This document shows, one piece after another, positions 8,601-20,543 of a stretch of DNA of 23,398 bases. A model generated the notes under the pieces. It was not told the origin of the DNA, made no database searches, and saw only the letters and a list, made by a program, of their open reading frames with translations. The stretch covers positions 1 to 23,398 of the forward strand of contig NIVC01005182.1 in NCBI GenBank assembly GCA_002269645.1, in the 5' to 3' direction. The position numbers were made by a program, and so were the translations under genes. The stretch comes from Macrostomum lignano (taxonomy: Eukaryota). The stretch's first letter is position 1; each line of letters starts with the position of its first letter.

Positions 8601-11600
8601 ATGCTCCTACAGAAAGCTGCAAGCAAACTAGCATCTTCTGGAGCTGACATGCAGAGAAGAATGATTTTGTCGTCCTTGAAATCACTAAATAGATATGCGA
8701 AATCGATCTTTTGCTAATCCCACCACAGGTTCCAGTGAAAAGAAGAAACGAAACCCATTGACTAAATTGGCAGTCGACTCAATCGATGCCGACTGCAACG
8801 GACCTGTCAGCTTCGAACTCAGGAGAGCAGCTAATAGTCTACGAGAGTAATGCTAGATGCCAGAATGCTTCACAGCATCAAAGTCTTAAGCAGAAGCTTC
8901 AATGAAAGGTTAGTTCATGCTGTGGCTGCATTCGTTTTCGTGTCTAGAAGCGTTATAACTTTTTGTACTTTTAACTCTCAGATCGGGTCTTAGCAGATTC
9001 TATAGCTATGCATGCAAGGGCCCCTCAGAGGAGATGCTTAAACACTGCAGTGCATTTTTCCTAGCAATTATTGGGACACGAAGTGTTGGGCCACTGTGTG
9101 TGTGTGTCTAGTTTTTTCCGCATTTGTTAAGTCACCTAAAGAACTCAATTAATAAAGGGCTCCAGAACAAATTGATGGGCAAACGGATGACACACTGCAC
9201 AGAGACTTGTTGGGACATATTAAAAACAGCTTATTTTAGAATGGGTACACTTTACTAAAGTAGAATGCTCCTACAGAAAGCTGCAAGCAAACTAGCATCT
9301 TCTGGAGCTGACATGCAGAGAAGAATGATTTTGTCGTCCTTGAAATCACTAAATAGATATGCGAAATCGATCTTTTGCTAATCCCACCACAGGTTCCAGT
9401 GAAAAGAAGAAACGAAACCCATTGACTAAATTGGCAGTCGACTCAATCGATGCCGACTGCAACGGACCTGTCAGCTTCGAACTCAGGAGAGCAGCTAATA
9501 GTCTACGAGAGTAATGCTAGATGCCAGAATGCTTCACAGCATCAAAGTCTTAAGCAGAAGCTTCAATGAAAGGTTAGTTCATGCTGTGGCTGCATTCGTT
9601 TTCGTGTCTAGAAGCGTTATAACTTTTTGTACTTTTAACTCTCAGATCGGGTCTTAGCAGATTCTATAGCTATGCATGCAAGGGCCCCTCAGAGGAGATG
9701 CTTAAACACTGCAGTGCATTTTTCCTAGCAATTATTGGGACACGAAGTGTTGGGCCACTGTGTGTGTGTGTCTAGTTTTTTCCGCATTTGTTAAGTCACC
9801 TAAAGAACTCAATTAATAAAGGGCTCCAGAACAAATTGATGGGCAAACGGATGACACACTGCACAGAGACTTGTTGGGACATATTAAAAACAGCTTATTT
9901 TAGAATGGGTACACTTTACTAAAGTAGAATGCTCCTACAGAAAGCTGCAAGCAAACTAGCATCTTCTGGAGCTGACATGCAGAGAAGAATGATTTTGTCG
10001 TCCTTGAAATCACTAAATAGATATGCGAAATCGATCTTTTGCTAATCCCACCACAGGTTCCAGTGAAAAGAAGAAACGAAACCCATTGACTAAATTGGCA
10101 GTCGACTCAATCGATGCCGACTGCAACGGACCTGTCAGCTTCGAACTCAGGAGAGCAGCTAATAGTCTACGAGAGTAATGCTAGATGCCAGAATGCTTCA
10201 CAGCATCAAAGTCTTAAGCAGAAGCTTCAATGAAAGGTTAGTTCATGCTGTGGCTGCATTCGTTTTCGTGTCTAGAAGCGTTATAACTTTTTGTACTTTT
10301 AACTCTCAGATCGGGTCTTAGCAGATTCTATAGCTATGCATGCAAGGGCCCCTCAGAGGAGATGCTTAAACACTGCAGTGCATTTTTCCTAGCAATTATT
10401 GGGACACGAAGTGTTGGGCCACTGTGTGTGTGTGTCTAGTTTTTTCCGCATTTGTTAAGTCACCTAAAGAACTCAATTAATAAAGGGCTCCAGAACAAAT
10501 TGATGGGCAAACGGATGACACACTGCACAGAGACTTGTTGGGACATATTAAAAACAGCTTATTTTAGAATGGGTACACTTTACTAAAGTAGAATGCTCCT
10601 ACAGAAAGCTGCAAGCAAACTAGCATCTTCTGGAGCTGACATGCAGAGAAGAATGATTTTGTCGTCCTTGAAATCACTAAATAGATATGCGAAATCGATC
10701 TTTTGCTAATCCCACCACAGGTTCCAGTGAAAAGAAGAAACGAAACCCATTGACTAAATTGGCAGTCGACTCAATCGATGCCGACTGCAACGGACCTGTC
10801 AGCTTCGAACTCAGGAGAGCAGCTAATAGTCTACGAGAGTAATGCTAGATGCCAGAATGCTTCACAGCATCAAAGTCTTAAGCAGAAGCTTCAATGAAAG
10901 GTTAGTTCATGCTGTGGCTGCATTCGTTTTCGTGTCTAGAAGCGTTATAACTTTTTGTACTTTTAACTCTCAGATCGGGTCTTAGCAGATTCTATAGCTA
11001 TGCATGCAAGGGCCCCTCAGAGGAGATGCTTAAACACTGCAGTGCATTTTTCCTAGCAATTATTGGGACACGAAGTGTTGGGCCACTGTGTGTGTGTCTA
11101 GTTTTTTCCGCATTTGTTAAGTCACCTAAAGAACTCAATTAATAAAGGGCTCCAGAACAAATTGATGGGCAAACGGATGACACACTGCACAGAGACTTGT
11201 TGGGACATATTAAAAACAGCTTATTTTAGAATGGGTACACTTTACTAAAGTAGAATGCTCCTACAGAAAGCTGCAAGCAAACTAGCATCTTCTGGAGCTG
11301 ACATGCAGAGAAGAATGATTTTGTCGTCCTTGAAATCACTAAATAGATATGCGAAATCGATCTTTTGCTAATCCCACCACAGGTTCCAGTGAAAAGAAGA
11401 AACGAAACCCATTGACTAAATTGGCAGTCGACTCAATCGATGCCGACTGCAACGGACCTGTCAGCTTCGAACTCAGGAGAGCAGCTAATAGTCTACGAGA
11501 GTAATGCTAGATGCCAGAATGCTTCACAGCATCAAAGTCTTAAGCAGAAGCTTCAATGAAAGGTTAGTTCATGCTGTGGCTGCATTCGTTTTCGTGTCTA

Positions 11601-14600
11601 GAAGCGTTATAACTTTTTGTACTTTTAACTCTCAGATCGGGTCTTAGCAGATTCTATAGCTATGCATGCAAGGGCCCCTCAGAGGAGATGCTTAAACACT
11701 GCAGTGCATTTTTCCTAGCAATTATTGGGACACGAAGTGTTGGGCCACTGTGTGTGTGTCTAGTTTTTTCCGCATTTGTTAAGTCACCTAAAGAACTCAA
11801 TTAATAAAGGGCTCCAGAACAAATTGATGGGCAAACGGATGACACACTGCACAGAGACTTGTTGGGACATATTAAAAACAGCTTATTTTAGAATGGGTAC
11901 ACTTTACTAAAGTAGAATGCTCCTACAGAAAGCTGCAAGCAAACTAGCATCTTCTGGAGCTGACATGCAGAGAAGAATGATTTTGTCGTCCTTGAAATCA
12001 CTAAATAGATATGCGAAATCGATCTTTTGCTAATCCCACCACAGGTTCCAGTGAAAAGAAGAAACGAAACCCATTGACTAAATTGGCAGTCGACTCAATC
12101 GATGCCGACTGCAACGGACCTGTCAGCTTCGAACTCAGGAGAGCAGCTAATAGTCTACGAGAGTAATGCTAGATGCCAGAATGCTTCACAGCATCAAAGT
12201 CTTAAGCAGAAGCTTCAATGAAAGGTTAGTTCATGCTGTGGCTGCATTCGTTTTCGTGTCTAGAAGCGTTATAACTTTTTGTACTTTTAACTCTCAGATC
12301 GGGTCTTAGCAGATTCTATAGCTATGCATGCAAGGGCCCCTCAGAGGAGATGCTTAAACACTGCAGTGCATTTTTCCTAGCAATTATTGGGACACGAAGT
12401 GTTGGGCCACTGTGTGTGTGTCTAGTTTTTTCCGCATTTGTTAAGTCACCTAAAGAACTCAATTAATAAAGGGCTCCAGAACAAATTGATGGGCAAACGG
12501 ATGACACACTGCACAGAGACTTGTTGGGACATATTAAAAACAGCTTATTTTAGAATGGGTACACTTTACTAAAGTAGAATGCTCCTACAGAAAGCTGCAA
12601 GCAAACTAGCATCTTCTGGAGCTGACATGCAGAGAAGAATGATTTTGTCGTCCTTGAAATCACTAAATAGATATGCGAAATCGATCTTTTGCTAATCCCA
12701 CCACAGGTTCCAGTGAAAAGAAGAAACGAAACCCATTGACTAAATTGGCAGTCGACTCAATCGATGCCGACTGCAACGACCTGTCAGCTTCGAACTCAGG
12801 AGAGCAGCTAATAGTCTACGAGAGTAATGCTAGATGCCAGAATGCTTCACAGCATCAAAGTCTTAAGCAGAAGCTTCAATGAAAGGTTAGTTCATGCTGT
12901 GGCTGCATTCGTTTTCGTGTCTAGAAGCGTTATAACTTTTTGTACTTTTAACTCTCAGATCGGGTCTTAGCAGATTCTATAGCTATGCATGCAAGGGCCC
13001 CTCAGAGGAGATGCTTAAACACTGCAGTGCATTTTTCCTAGCAATTATTGGGACACGAAGTGTTGGGCCACTGTGTGTGTGTCTAGTTTTTTCCGCATTT
13101 GTTAAGTCACCTAAAGAACTCAATTAATAAAGGGCTCCAGAACAAATTGATGGGCAAACGGATGACACACTGCACAGAGACTTGTTGGGACATATTAAAA
13201 ACAGCTTATTTTAGAATGGGTACACTTTACTAAAGTAGAATGCTCCTACAGAAAGCTGCAAGCAAACTAGCATCTTCTGGAGCTGACATGCAGAGAAGAA
13301 TGATTTTGTCGTCCTTGAAATCACTAAATAGATATGCGAAATCGATCTTTTGCTAATCCCACCACAGGTTCCAGTGAAAAGAAGAAACGAAACCCATTGA
13401 CTAAATTGGCAGTCGACTCAATCGATGCCGACTGCAACGGACCTGTCAGCTTCGAACTCAGGAGAGCAGCTAATAGTCTACGAGAGTAATGCTAGATGCC
13501 AGAATGCTTCACAGCATCAAAGTCTTAAGCAGAAGCTTCAATGAAAGGTTAGTTCATGCTGTGGCTGCATTCGTTTTCGTGTCTAGAAGCGTTATAACTT
13601 TTTGTACTTTTAACTCTCAGATCGGGTCTTAGCAGATTCTATAGCTATGCATGCAAGGGCCCCTCAGAGGAGATGCTTAAACACTGCAGTGCATTTTTCC
13701 TAGCAATTATTGGGACACGAAGTGTTGGGCCACTGTGTGTGTGTCTAGTTTTTTCCGCATTTGTTAAGTCACCTAAAGAACTCAATTAATAAAGGGCTCC
13801 AGAACAAATTGATGGGCAAACGGATGACACACTGCACAGAGACTTGTTGGGACATATTAAAAACAGCTTATTTTAGAATGGGTACACTTTACTAAAGTAG
13901 AATGCTCCTACAGAAAGCTGCAAGCAAACTAGCATCTTCTGGAGCTGACATGCAGAGAAGAATGATTTTGTCGTCCTTGAAATCACTAAATAGATATGCG
14001 AAATCGATCTTTTGCTAATCCCACCACAGGTTCCAGTGAAAAGAAGAAACGAAACCCATTGACTAAATTGGCAGTCGACTCAATCGATGCCGACTGCAAC
14101 GGACCTGTCAGCTTCGAACTCAGGAGAGCAGCTAATAGTCTACGAGAGTAATGCTAGATGCCAGAATGCTTCACAGCATCAAAGTCTTAAGCAGAAGCTT
14201 CAATGAAAGGTTAGTTCATGCTGTGGCTGCATTCGTTTTCGTGTCTAGAAGCGTTATAACTTTTTGTACTTTTAACTCTCAGATCGGGTCTTAGCAGATT
14301 CTATAGCTATGCATGCAAGGGCCCCTCAGAGGAGATGCTTAAACACTGCAGTGCATTTTTCCTAGCAATTATTGGGACACGAAGTGTTGGGCCACTGTGT
14401 GTGTGTCTAGTTTTTTCCGCATTTGTTAAGTCACCTAAAGAACTCAATTAATAAAGGGCTCCAGAACAAATTGATGGGCAAACGGATGACACACTGCACA
14501 GAGACTTGTTGGGACATATTAAAAACAGCTTATTTTAGAATGGGTACACTTTACTAAAGTAGAATGCTCCTACAGAAAGCTGCAAGCAAACTAGCATCTT

Positions 14601-17600
14601 CTGGAGCTGACATGCAGAGAAGAATGATTTTGTCGTCCTTGAAATCACTAAATAGATATGCGAAATCGATCTTTTGCTAATCCCACCACAGGTTCCAGTG
14701 AAAAGAAGAAACGAAACCCATTGACTAAATTGGCAGTCGACTCAATCGATGCCGACTGCAACGACCTGTCAGCTTCGAACTCAGGAGAGCAGCTAATAGT
14801 CTACGAGAGTAATGCTAGATGCCAGAATGCTTCACAGCATCAAAGTCTTAAGCAGAAGCTTCAATGAAAGGTTAGTTCATGCTGTGGCTGCATTCGTTTT
14901 CGTGTCTAGAAGCGTTATAACTTTTTGTACTTTTAACTCTCAGATCGGGTCTTAGCAGATTCTATAGCTATGCATGCAAGGGCCCCTCAGAGGAGATGCT
15001 TAAACACTGCAGTGCATTTTTCCTAGCAATTATTGGGACACGAAGTGTTGGGCCACTGTGTGTGTGTCTAGTTTTTTCCGCATTTGTTAAGTCACCTAAA
15101 GAACTCAATTAATAAAGGGCTCCAGAACAAATTGATGGGCAAACGGATGACACACTGCACAGAGACTTGTTGGGACATATTAAAAACAGCTTATTTTAGA
15201 ATGGGTACACTTTACTAAAGTAGAATGCTCCTACAGAAAGCTGCAAGCAAACTAGCATCTTCTGGAGCTGACATGCAGAGAAGAATGATTTTGTCGTCCT
15301 TGAAATCACTAAATAGATATGCGAAATCGATCTTTTGCTAATCCCACCACAGGTTCCAGTGAAAAGAAGAAACGAAACCCATTGACTAAATTGGCAGTCG
15401 ACTCAATCGATGCCGACTGCAACGGACCTGTCAGCTTCGAACTCAGGAGAGCAGCTAATAGTCTACGAGAGTAATGCTAGATGCCAGAATGCTTCACAGC
15501 ATCAAAGTCTTAAGCAGAAGCTTCAATGAAAGGTTAGTTCATGCTGTGGCTGCATTCGTTTTCGTGTCTAGAAGCGTTATAACTTTTTGTACTTTTAACT
15601 CTCAGATCGGGTCTTAGCAGATTCTATAGCTATGCATGCAAGGGCCCCTCAGAGGAGATGCTTAAACACTGCAGTGCATTTTTCCTAGCAATTATTGGGA
15701 CACGAAGTGTTGGGCCACTGTGTGTGTGTCTAGTTTTTTCCGCATTTGTTAAGTCACCTAAAGAACTCAATTAATAAAGGGCTCCAGAACAAATTGATGG
15801 GCAAACGGATGACACACTGCACAGAGACTTGTTGGGACATATTAAAAACAGCTTATTTTAGAATGGGTACACTTTACTAAAGTAGAATGCTCCTACAGAA
15901 AGCTGCAAGCAAACTAGCATCTTCTGGAGCTGACATGCAGAGAAGAATGATTTTGTCGTCCTTGAAATCACTAAATAGATATGCGAAATCGATCTTTTGC
16001 TAATCCCACCACAGGTTCCAGTGAAAAGAAGAAACGAAACCCATTGACTAAATTGGCAGTCGACTCAATCGATTCCGACTGCAACGACCTGTCAGCTTCG
16101 AACTCAGGAGAGCAGCTAATAGACTACGAGAGTAATGCTAGATGCCAGAATGCTTCACAGCATCAAAGTCTTAAGCAGAAGCTTCAATGAAAGGTTAGTT
16201 CATGCTGTGGCTGCATTCGTTTTCGTGTCTAGAAGCGTTATAACTTTTTGTACTTTTAACTCTCAGATCGGGTCTTAGCAGATTCTATAGCTATGCATGC
16301 AAGGGCCCCTCAGAGGAGATGCTTAAACACTGCAGTGCATTTTTCCTAGCAATTATTGGGACACGAAGTGTTGGGCCACTGTGTGTGTGTCTAGTTTTTT
16401 CCGCATTTGTTAAGTCACCTAAAGAACTCAATTAATAAAGGGCTCCAGAACAAATTGATGGGCAAACGGATGACACACTGCACAGAGACTTGTTGGGACA
16501 TATTAAAAACAGCTTATTTTAGAATGGGTACACTTTACTAAAGTAGAATGCTCCTACAGAAAGCTGCAAGCAAACTAGCATCTTCTGGAGCTGACATGCA
16601 GAGAAGAATGATTTTGTCGTCCTTGAAATCACTAAATAGATATGCGAAATCGATCTTTTGCTAATCCCACCACAGGTTCCAGTGAAAAGAAGAAACGAAA
16701 CCCATTGACTAAATTGGCAGTCGACTCAATCGATTCCGACTGCAACGACCTGTCAGCTTCGAACTCAGGAGAGCAGCTAATAGTCTACGAGAGTAATGCT
16801 AGATGCCAGAATGCTTCACAGCATCAAAGTCTTAAGCAGAAGCTTCAATGAAAGGTTAGTTCATGCTGTGGCTGCATTCGTTTTCGTGTCTAGAAGCGTT
16901 ATAACTTTTTGTACTTTTAACTCTCAGATCGGGTCTTAGCAGATTCTATAGCTATGCATGCAAGGGCCCCTCAGAGGAGATGCTTAAACACTGCAGTGCA
17001 TTTTTCCTAGCAATTATTGGGACACGAAGTGTTGGGCCACTGTGTGTGTGTCTAGTTTTTTCCGCATTTGTTAAGTCACCTAAAGAACTCAATTAATAAA
17101 GGGCTCCAGAACAAATTGATGGGCAAACGGATGACACACTGCACAGAGACTTGTTGGGACATATTAAAAACAGCTTATTTTAGAATGGGTACACTTTACT
17201 AAAGTAGAATGCTCCTACAGAAAGCTGCAAGCAAACTAGCATCTTCTGGAGCTGACATGCAGAGAAGAATGATTTTGTCGTCCTTGAAATCACTAAATAG
17301 ATATGCGAAATCGATCTTTTGCTAATCCCACCACAGGTTCCAGTGAAAAGAAGAAACGAAACCCATTGACTAAATTGGCAGTCGACTCAACGATTCCGAC
17401 TGCAACAGACCTGTCAGCTTCGAACTCAGGAGAGCAGCTAATAGTCTACGAGAGTAATGCTAGATGCCAGAATGCTTCACAGCATCAAAGTCTTAAGCAG
17501 AAGCTTCAATGAAAGGTTAGTTCATGCTGTGGCTGCATTCGTTTTCGTGTCTAGAAGCGTTATAACTTTTTGTACTTTTAACTCTCAGATCGGGTCTTAG

Positions 17601-18136
17601 CAGATTCTATAGCTATGCATGCAAGGGCCCCTCAGAGGAGATGCTTAAACACTGCAGTGCATTTTTCCTAGCAATTATTGGGACACGAAGTGTTGGGCCA
17701 CTGTGTGTGTGTCTAGTTTTTTCCGCATTTGTTAAGTCACCTAAAGAACTCAATTAATAAAGGGCTCCAGAACAAATTGATGGGCAAACGGATGACACAC
17801 TGCACAGAGACTTGTTGGGACATATTAAAAACAGCTTATTTTAGAATGGGTACACTTTACTAAAGTAGAATGCTCCTACAGAAAGCTGCAAGCAAACTAG
17901 CATCTTCTGGAGCTGACATGCAGAGAAGAATGATTTTGTCGTCCTTGAAATCACTAAATAGATATGCGAAATCGATCTTTTGCTAATCCCACCACAGGTT
18001 CCAGTGAAAAGAAGAAACGAAACCCATTGACTAAATTGGCAGTCGACTCAACCGATTCCGACTGCAACAGACCTGTCAGCTTCGAACTCAGGAGAGCAGC
18101 TAATAGACTACGAGCGTAATGCTGAATGCCAGAGTG
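5642..18136. repeat. Head-to-tail tandem array (macrosatellite), unit 661-664 bp, about 18.9 copies, interior copies nearly identical
   Basis: The marker GGGCCCCTCAGAGG occurs at 5706, 6367, 7028, 7692, 8356, 9018, 9682, 10346, 11010, 11672, 12334, 12995, 13657, 14319, 14980, 15642, 16303, 16964 and 17625 (19 copies). The last unit stops about 85 bp short. Confidence 0.99.
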
Positions 18137-18658
18137 CTCTAAATAACGAGACTCCTGTTTTCTCACTCGACCGGAATTTGTTGTTTAATCTGCTTAACTA
18201 ATCTCTGCGTTTCAGTTTTTCAGTTTCACTGTCAATTTTAGGTTTTTTTCTAAGCGCAAGTGTAATTGAATTTTTTATTCATATTAGTCAGGCAAATTGC
18301 GTACAGCAATATAGCGTATTAGTAAAGGTAAAGGTAAATAGACTGCTTGTAACTAGTTTTTCCTTCATGTGGATTGGCTTTAACGAAGCCTTTTGTATTT
18401 CAAGTAATGCTGAATTCGCTGGACTGAGGACAATATAGTTACACGATGATATGCTATTCCTTCACTTTCAGTAGATCATACTATTAGTATGGGACGTGCT
18501 TTTTTATTTCAATGTATGCTTTTTTTCATCATTTAAATGCTAAAAATACTTAATAGGTCATTGCACTGTGTGTATGTGTGTGTTTTCGTGTGTCAAAAAA
18601 AATTGCAAAATAAGTGCCCACCATTGTATACCGTACCAACAAGTGCCCGGTGCGTGAT

Positions 18659-18682
18659 TGTGTGTGTGTGTGTGTGTGTGTG
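18659..18682. repeat. (TG)12 microsatellite
   Basis: Read directly. It lies just outside the putative right TIR. Confidence 0.95.
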
Positions 18683-18891
18683 CTGTTTTTTATGCGGTGT
18701 ACATGCTCTTTGCAATCGGTGGTTTTAAAACCCGCTTTAGCAAGCGGCAGCGGAGGCCAACCAGAATTGCCAGCTCTTCCACAAAGGGGGAAGTGTTTCA
18801 TATGACACTGAATTTCATATTGCCTAAAAGTTTAAAGCCTCTACTATCATGACGCTTAAATTTCACCTAACCGTGAAAAAGCTTTGGGAAA

Positions 18892-19509
18892 TTTAGGTCT
18901 CATGAAGCTTAGGTCTCATGTAGTTTAAAACTCATGTAGTTTAGGTCTCATGAAGTTTAGGTCTCATGTAGTTTAGGTCTCATGTAGTTTAGGTCTCATG
19001 AAGTTTAGGTCTTATGTAGTTTAGGTCTCATGAAGTTTAGGTCCCATGAAGCTTAGGTCTTATGAAGTTTAGGTCTTATGAAGTTTAGGTCTCATGAAGT
19101 TTAGGTCTAGTGTAGTTTAGGTCTCATGTAGTTTAGGTCTCATGAAGTTTAAGTCTCATGAAGTTTAGGTCTCATGAAGTTTAGGTCTCATATAGTTTAG
19201 ATCTCATGAAGTTTAGATCTCATGAAGTTTAGGTCTCATGAAGTTTAGGTCTAGTGTAGTTTAGGTCTCATGAAGTTTAGGTCTTATGAAGTTTAGGTCT
19301 AGTGTAGTTTAGGTCTCATGAAGTTTAGGTCTCATGAAGTTTAGGTCTAGTGTAGTTTAGGTCTCATGAAGTTTAGGTCTTATGAAGTTTAGGTCTAGTG
19401 TAGTTTAGGTCTAGTGTAGTTTAGATCTCATGAAGTTTAGGTCTCATGAAGTTTAGGTCTCATGTAGTTTAGGTCTCATGAAGTTTAGGTCTCATGTAGT
19501 TTAGGTCTC
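18892..19509. repeat. 16-bp minisatellite, consensus TTTAGGTCTCATG(A/T)AG, about 38 copies
   Basis: Variants include TTTAGGTCTCATGAAG, ...CATGTAG, TTTAGGTCTAGTGTAG, TTTAGGTCTTATGAAG and TTTAGATCTCATGAAG. Confidence 0.98.
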
Positions 19510-20015
19510 GTAAAAGCGCTCCCACCACATAAAAATGACAACATCATTTGTCGATTATCGCGAAAACTTTTCAATGAAAAATTACAAGATTTCTGCAGCT
19601 CAATTTTGTCATTAGCAAATCGTAGCCAAGCCTGTTAGAGGCTACGGGTTAGGGAAGAAGCGGCGGTATGGGAGACATTATCGGCAAACGCACGCAGTGT
19701 AAACAAGGGCTCCTTCCGGGGTTGACTATTTGTTGATTTCTAAAGCCCGTACATGTAGTTACCCGACTAAATGCACCTGCCGTATTTTCCTCATTGCATA
19801 TTTGAATTTTGTAGTTATGCACTGCTCTCATATTCCATATAAGATTTTCTAGCTACTCTTTCTAGAAATTTACTAAAATAATGCTTGATTTTTCCTGCAG
19901 ACTTTTAACGCTTATTTTAAGTAGCATAATTAGCGTTTATCGCCGTTTTCTGCCATAGCTAGCGAATTTCTACGACTTTATAATTGATCGGATTTTTTTT
20001 CACTCCAAACCGCAG

Positions 20016-20156
20016 GCTCAGTGGGCACGGACTCATCGGATGCGGGCGATGAAGGCTTAGCAACAGCGGAGACTGCTGGAAAGCCGCCGAAAATGGATGA
20101 AGCTGACAGCGATGACGATTGGATGATGCAGACGCCAAGAAGCTGCGGCAAAAAAT
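20016..20156 (+). CDS. Candidate internal coding exon (141 bp, phase 1-1) of an unidentified host gene; acidic low-complexity peptide
   Basis: Acceptor TTTTTTTTCACTCCAAACCGCAG|G and donor AAAAT|GTGAGT. The length is divisible by 3 and the frame is open: SVGTDSSDAGDEGLATAETAGKPPKMDEADSDDDWMMQTPRSCGKK. GC content is visibly higher than the flanks. Confidence 0.55.
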
Positions 20157-20225
20157 GTGAGTTGATTTTCATCGGTTCAAACCTCTTGCTTCTTGTAGAA
20201 TCTACAGGTTCTACAGGTTAGAGTT

Positions 20226-20356
20226 ACTGTCAGACTCTTTAAGATGCTGTCAGATTCTACAGGACACTGTCAGACTCTTTAAGATGCTGTCAGATTCTAC
20301 AGGACACTGTCAGACTCTTTAAGATGCTGTCAGATTCTACAAGACACTGTCAGACT
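20226..20356. repeat. Left, diverged part of the 20-bp minisatellite (three copies of a 40-bp dimer)
   Basis: CTGTCAGACTCTTTAAGATG-CTGTCAGATTCTACAGGACA at 20227, 20267 and 20307. Confidence 0.95.
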
Positions 20357-20543
20357 ATAATAATACGCTCGTATAGTCTGAATTCTGTGTCTATTCTAAT
20401 AGATTAATAATATTCTATTATTATTATAGTCTACAATTAGGTGTCAATATAATTAATACTAATACTATTATACTATTATACTATTATATTATTAATACTA
20501 TTATACTATTATTATTATTATAATTATAACAATAATAACAATT

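Larger units (their letters stand above)
4454..18652. mobile_element. Putative non-autonomous TIR DNA transposon (CAC...GTG ends, possible 2-bp CG target duplication; CACTA/Mirage/Chapaev-like termini) containing the 661-bp array
   Basis: The left end CACGGGGCATATGTTGGgccaTACGcATACAAcGG (4454) aligns with the reverse complement of the right end CACCGGGCACTTGTTGG----TACGgtATACAAtGG (ending 18652). The first 17 nt match at 14/17, followed by TACG, ATACAA and GG blocks. CG flanks both ends and GT microsatellite lies outside both. No transposase was confidently identified. Confidence 0.45.

Noticed and set aside
12673-17512. Repeated 69-aa ORF MRNRSFANPTTGSSEKKKRNP...
   Set aside because: It appears only in units with a one-base deletion that may be a consensus error, and I recognise no domain.
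18323-18338. TAAAGGTAAAGGTAAA resembling a retroposon simple-repeat tail
   Set aside because: No recognisable element body is adjacent.
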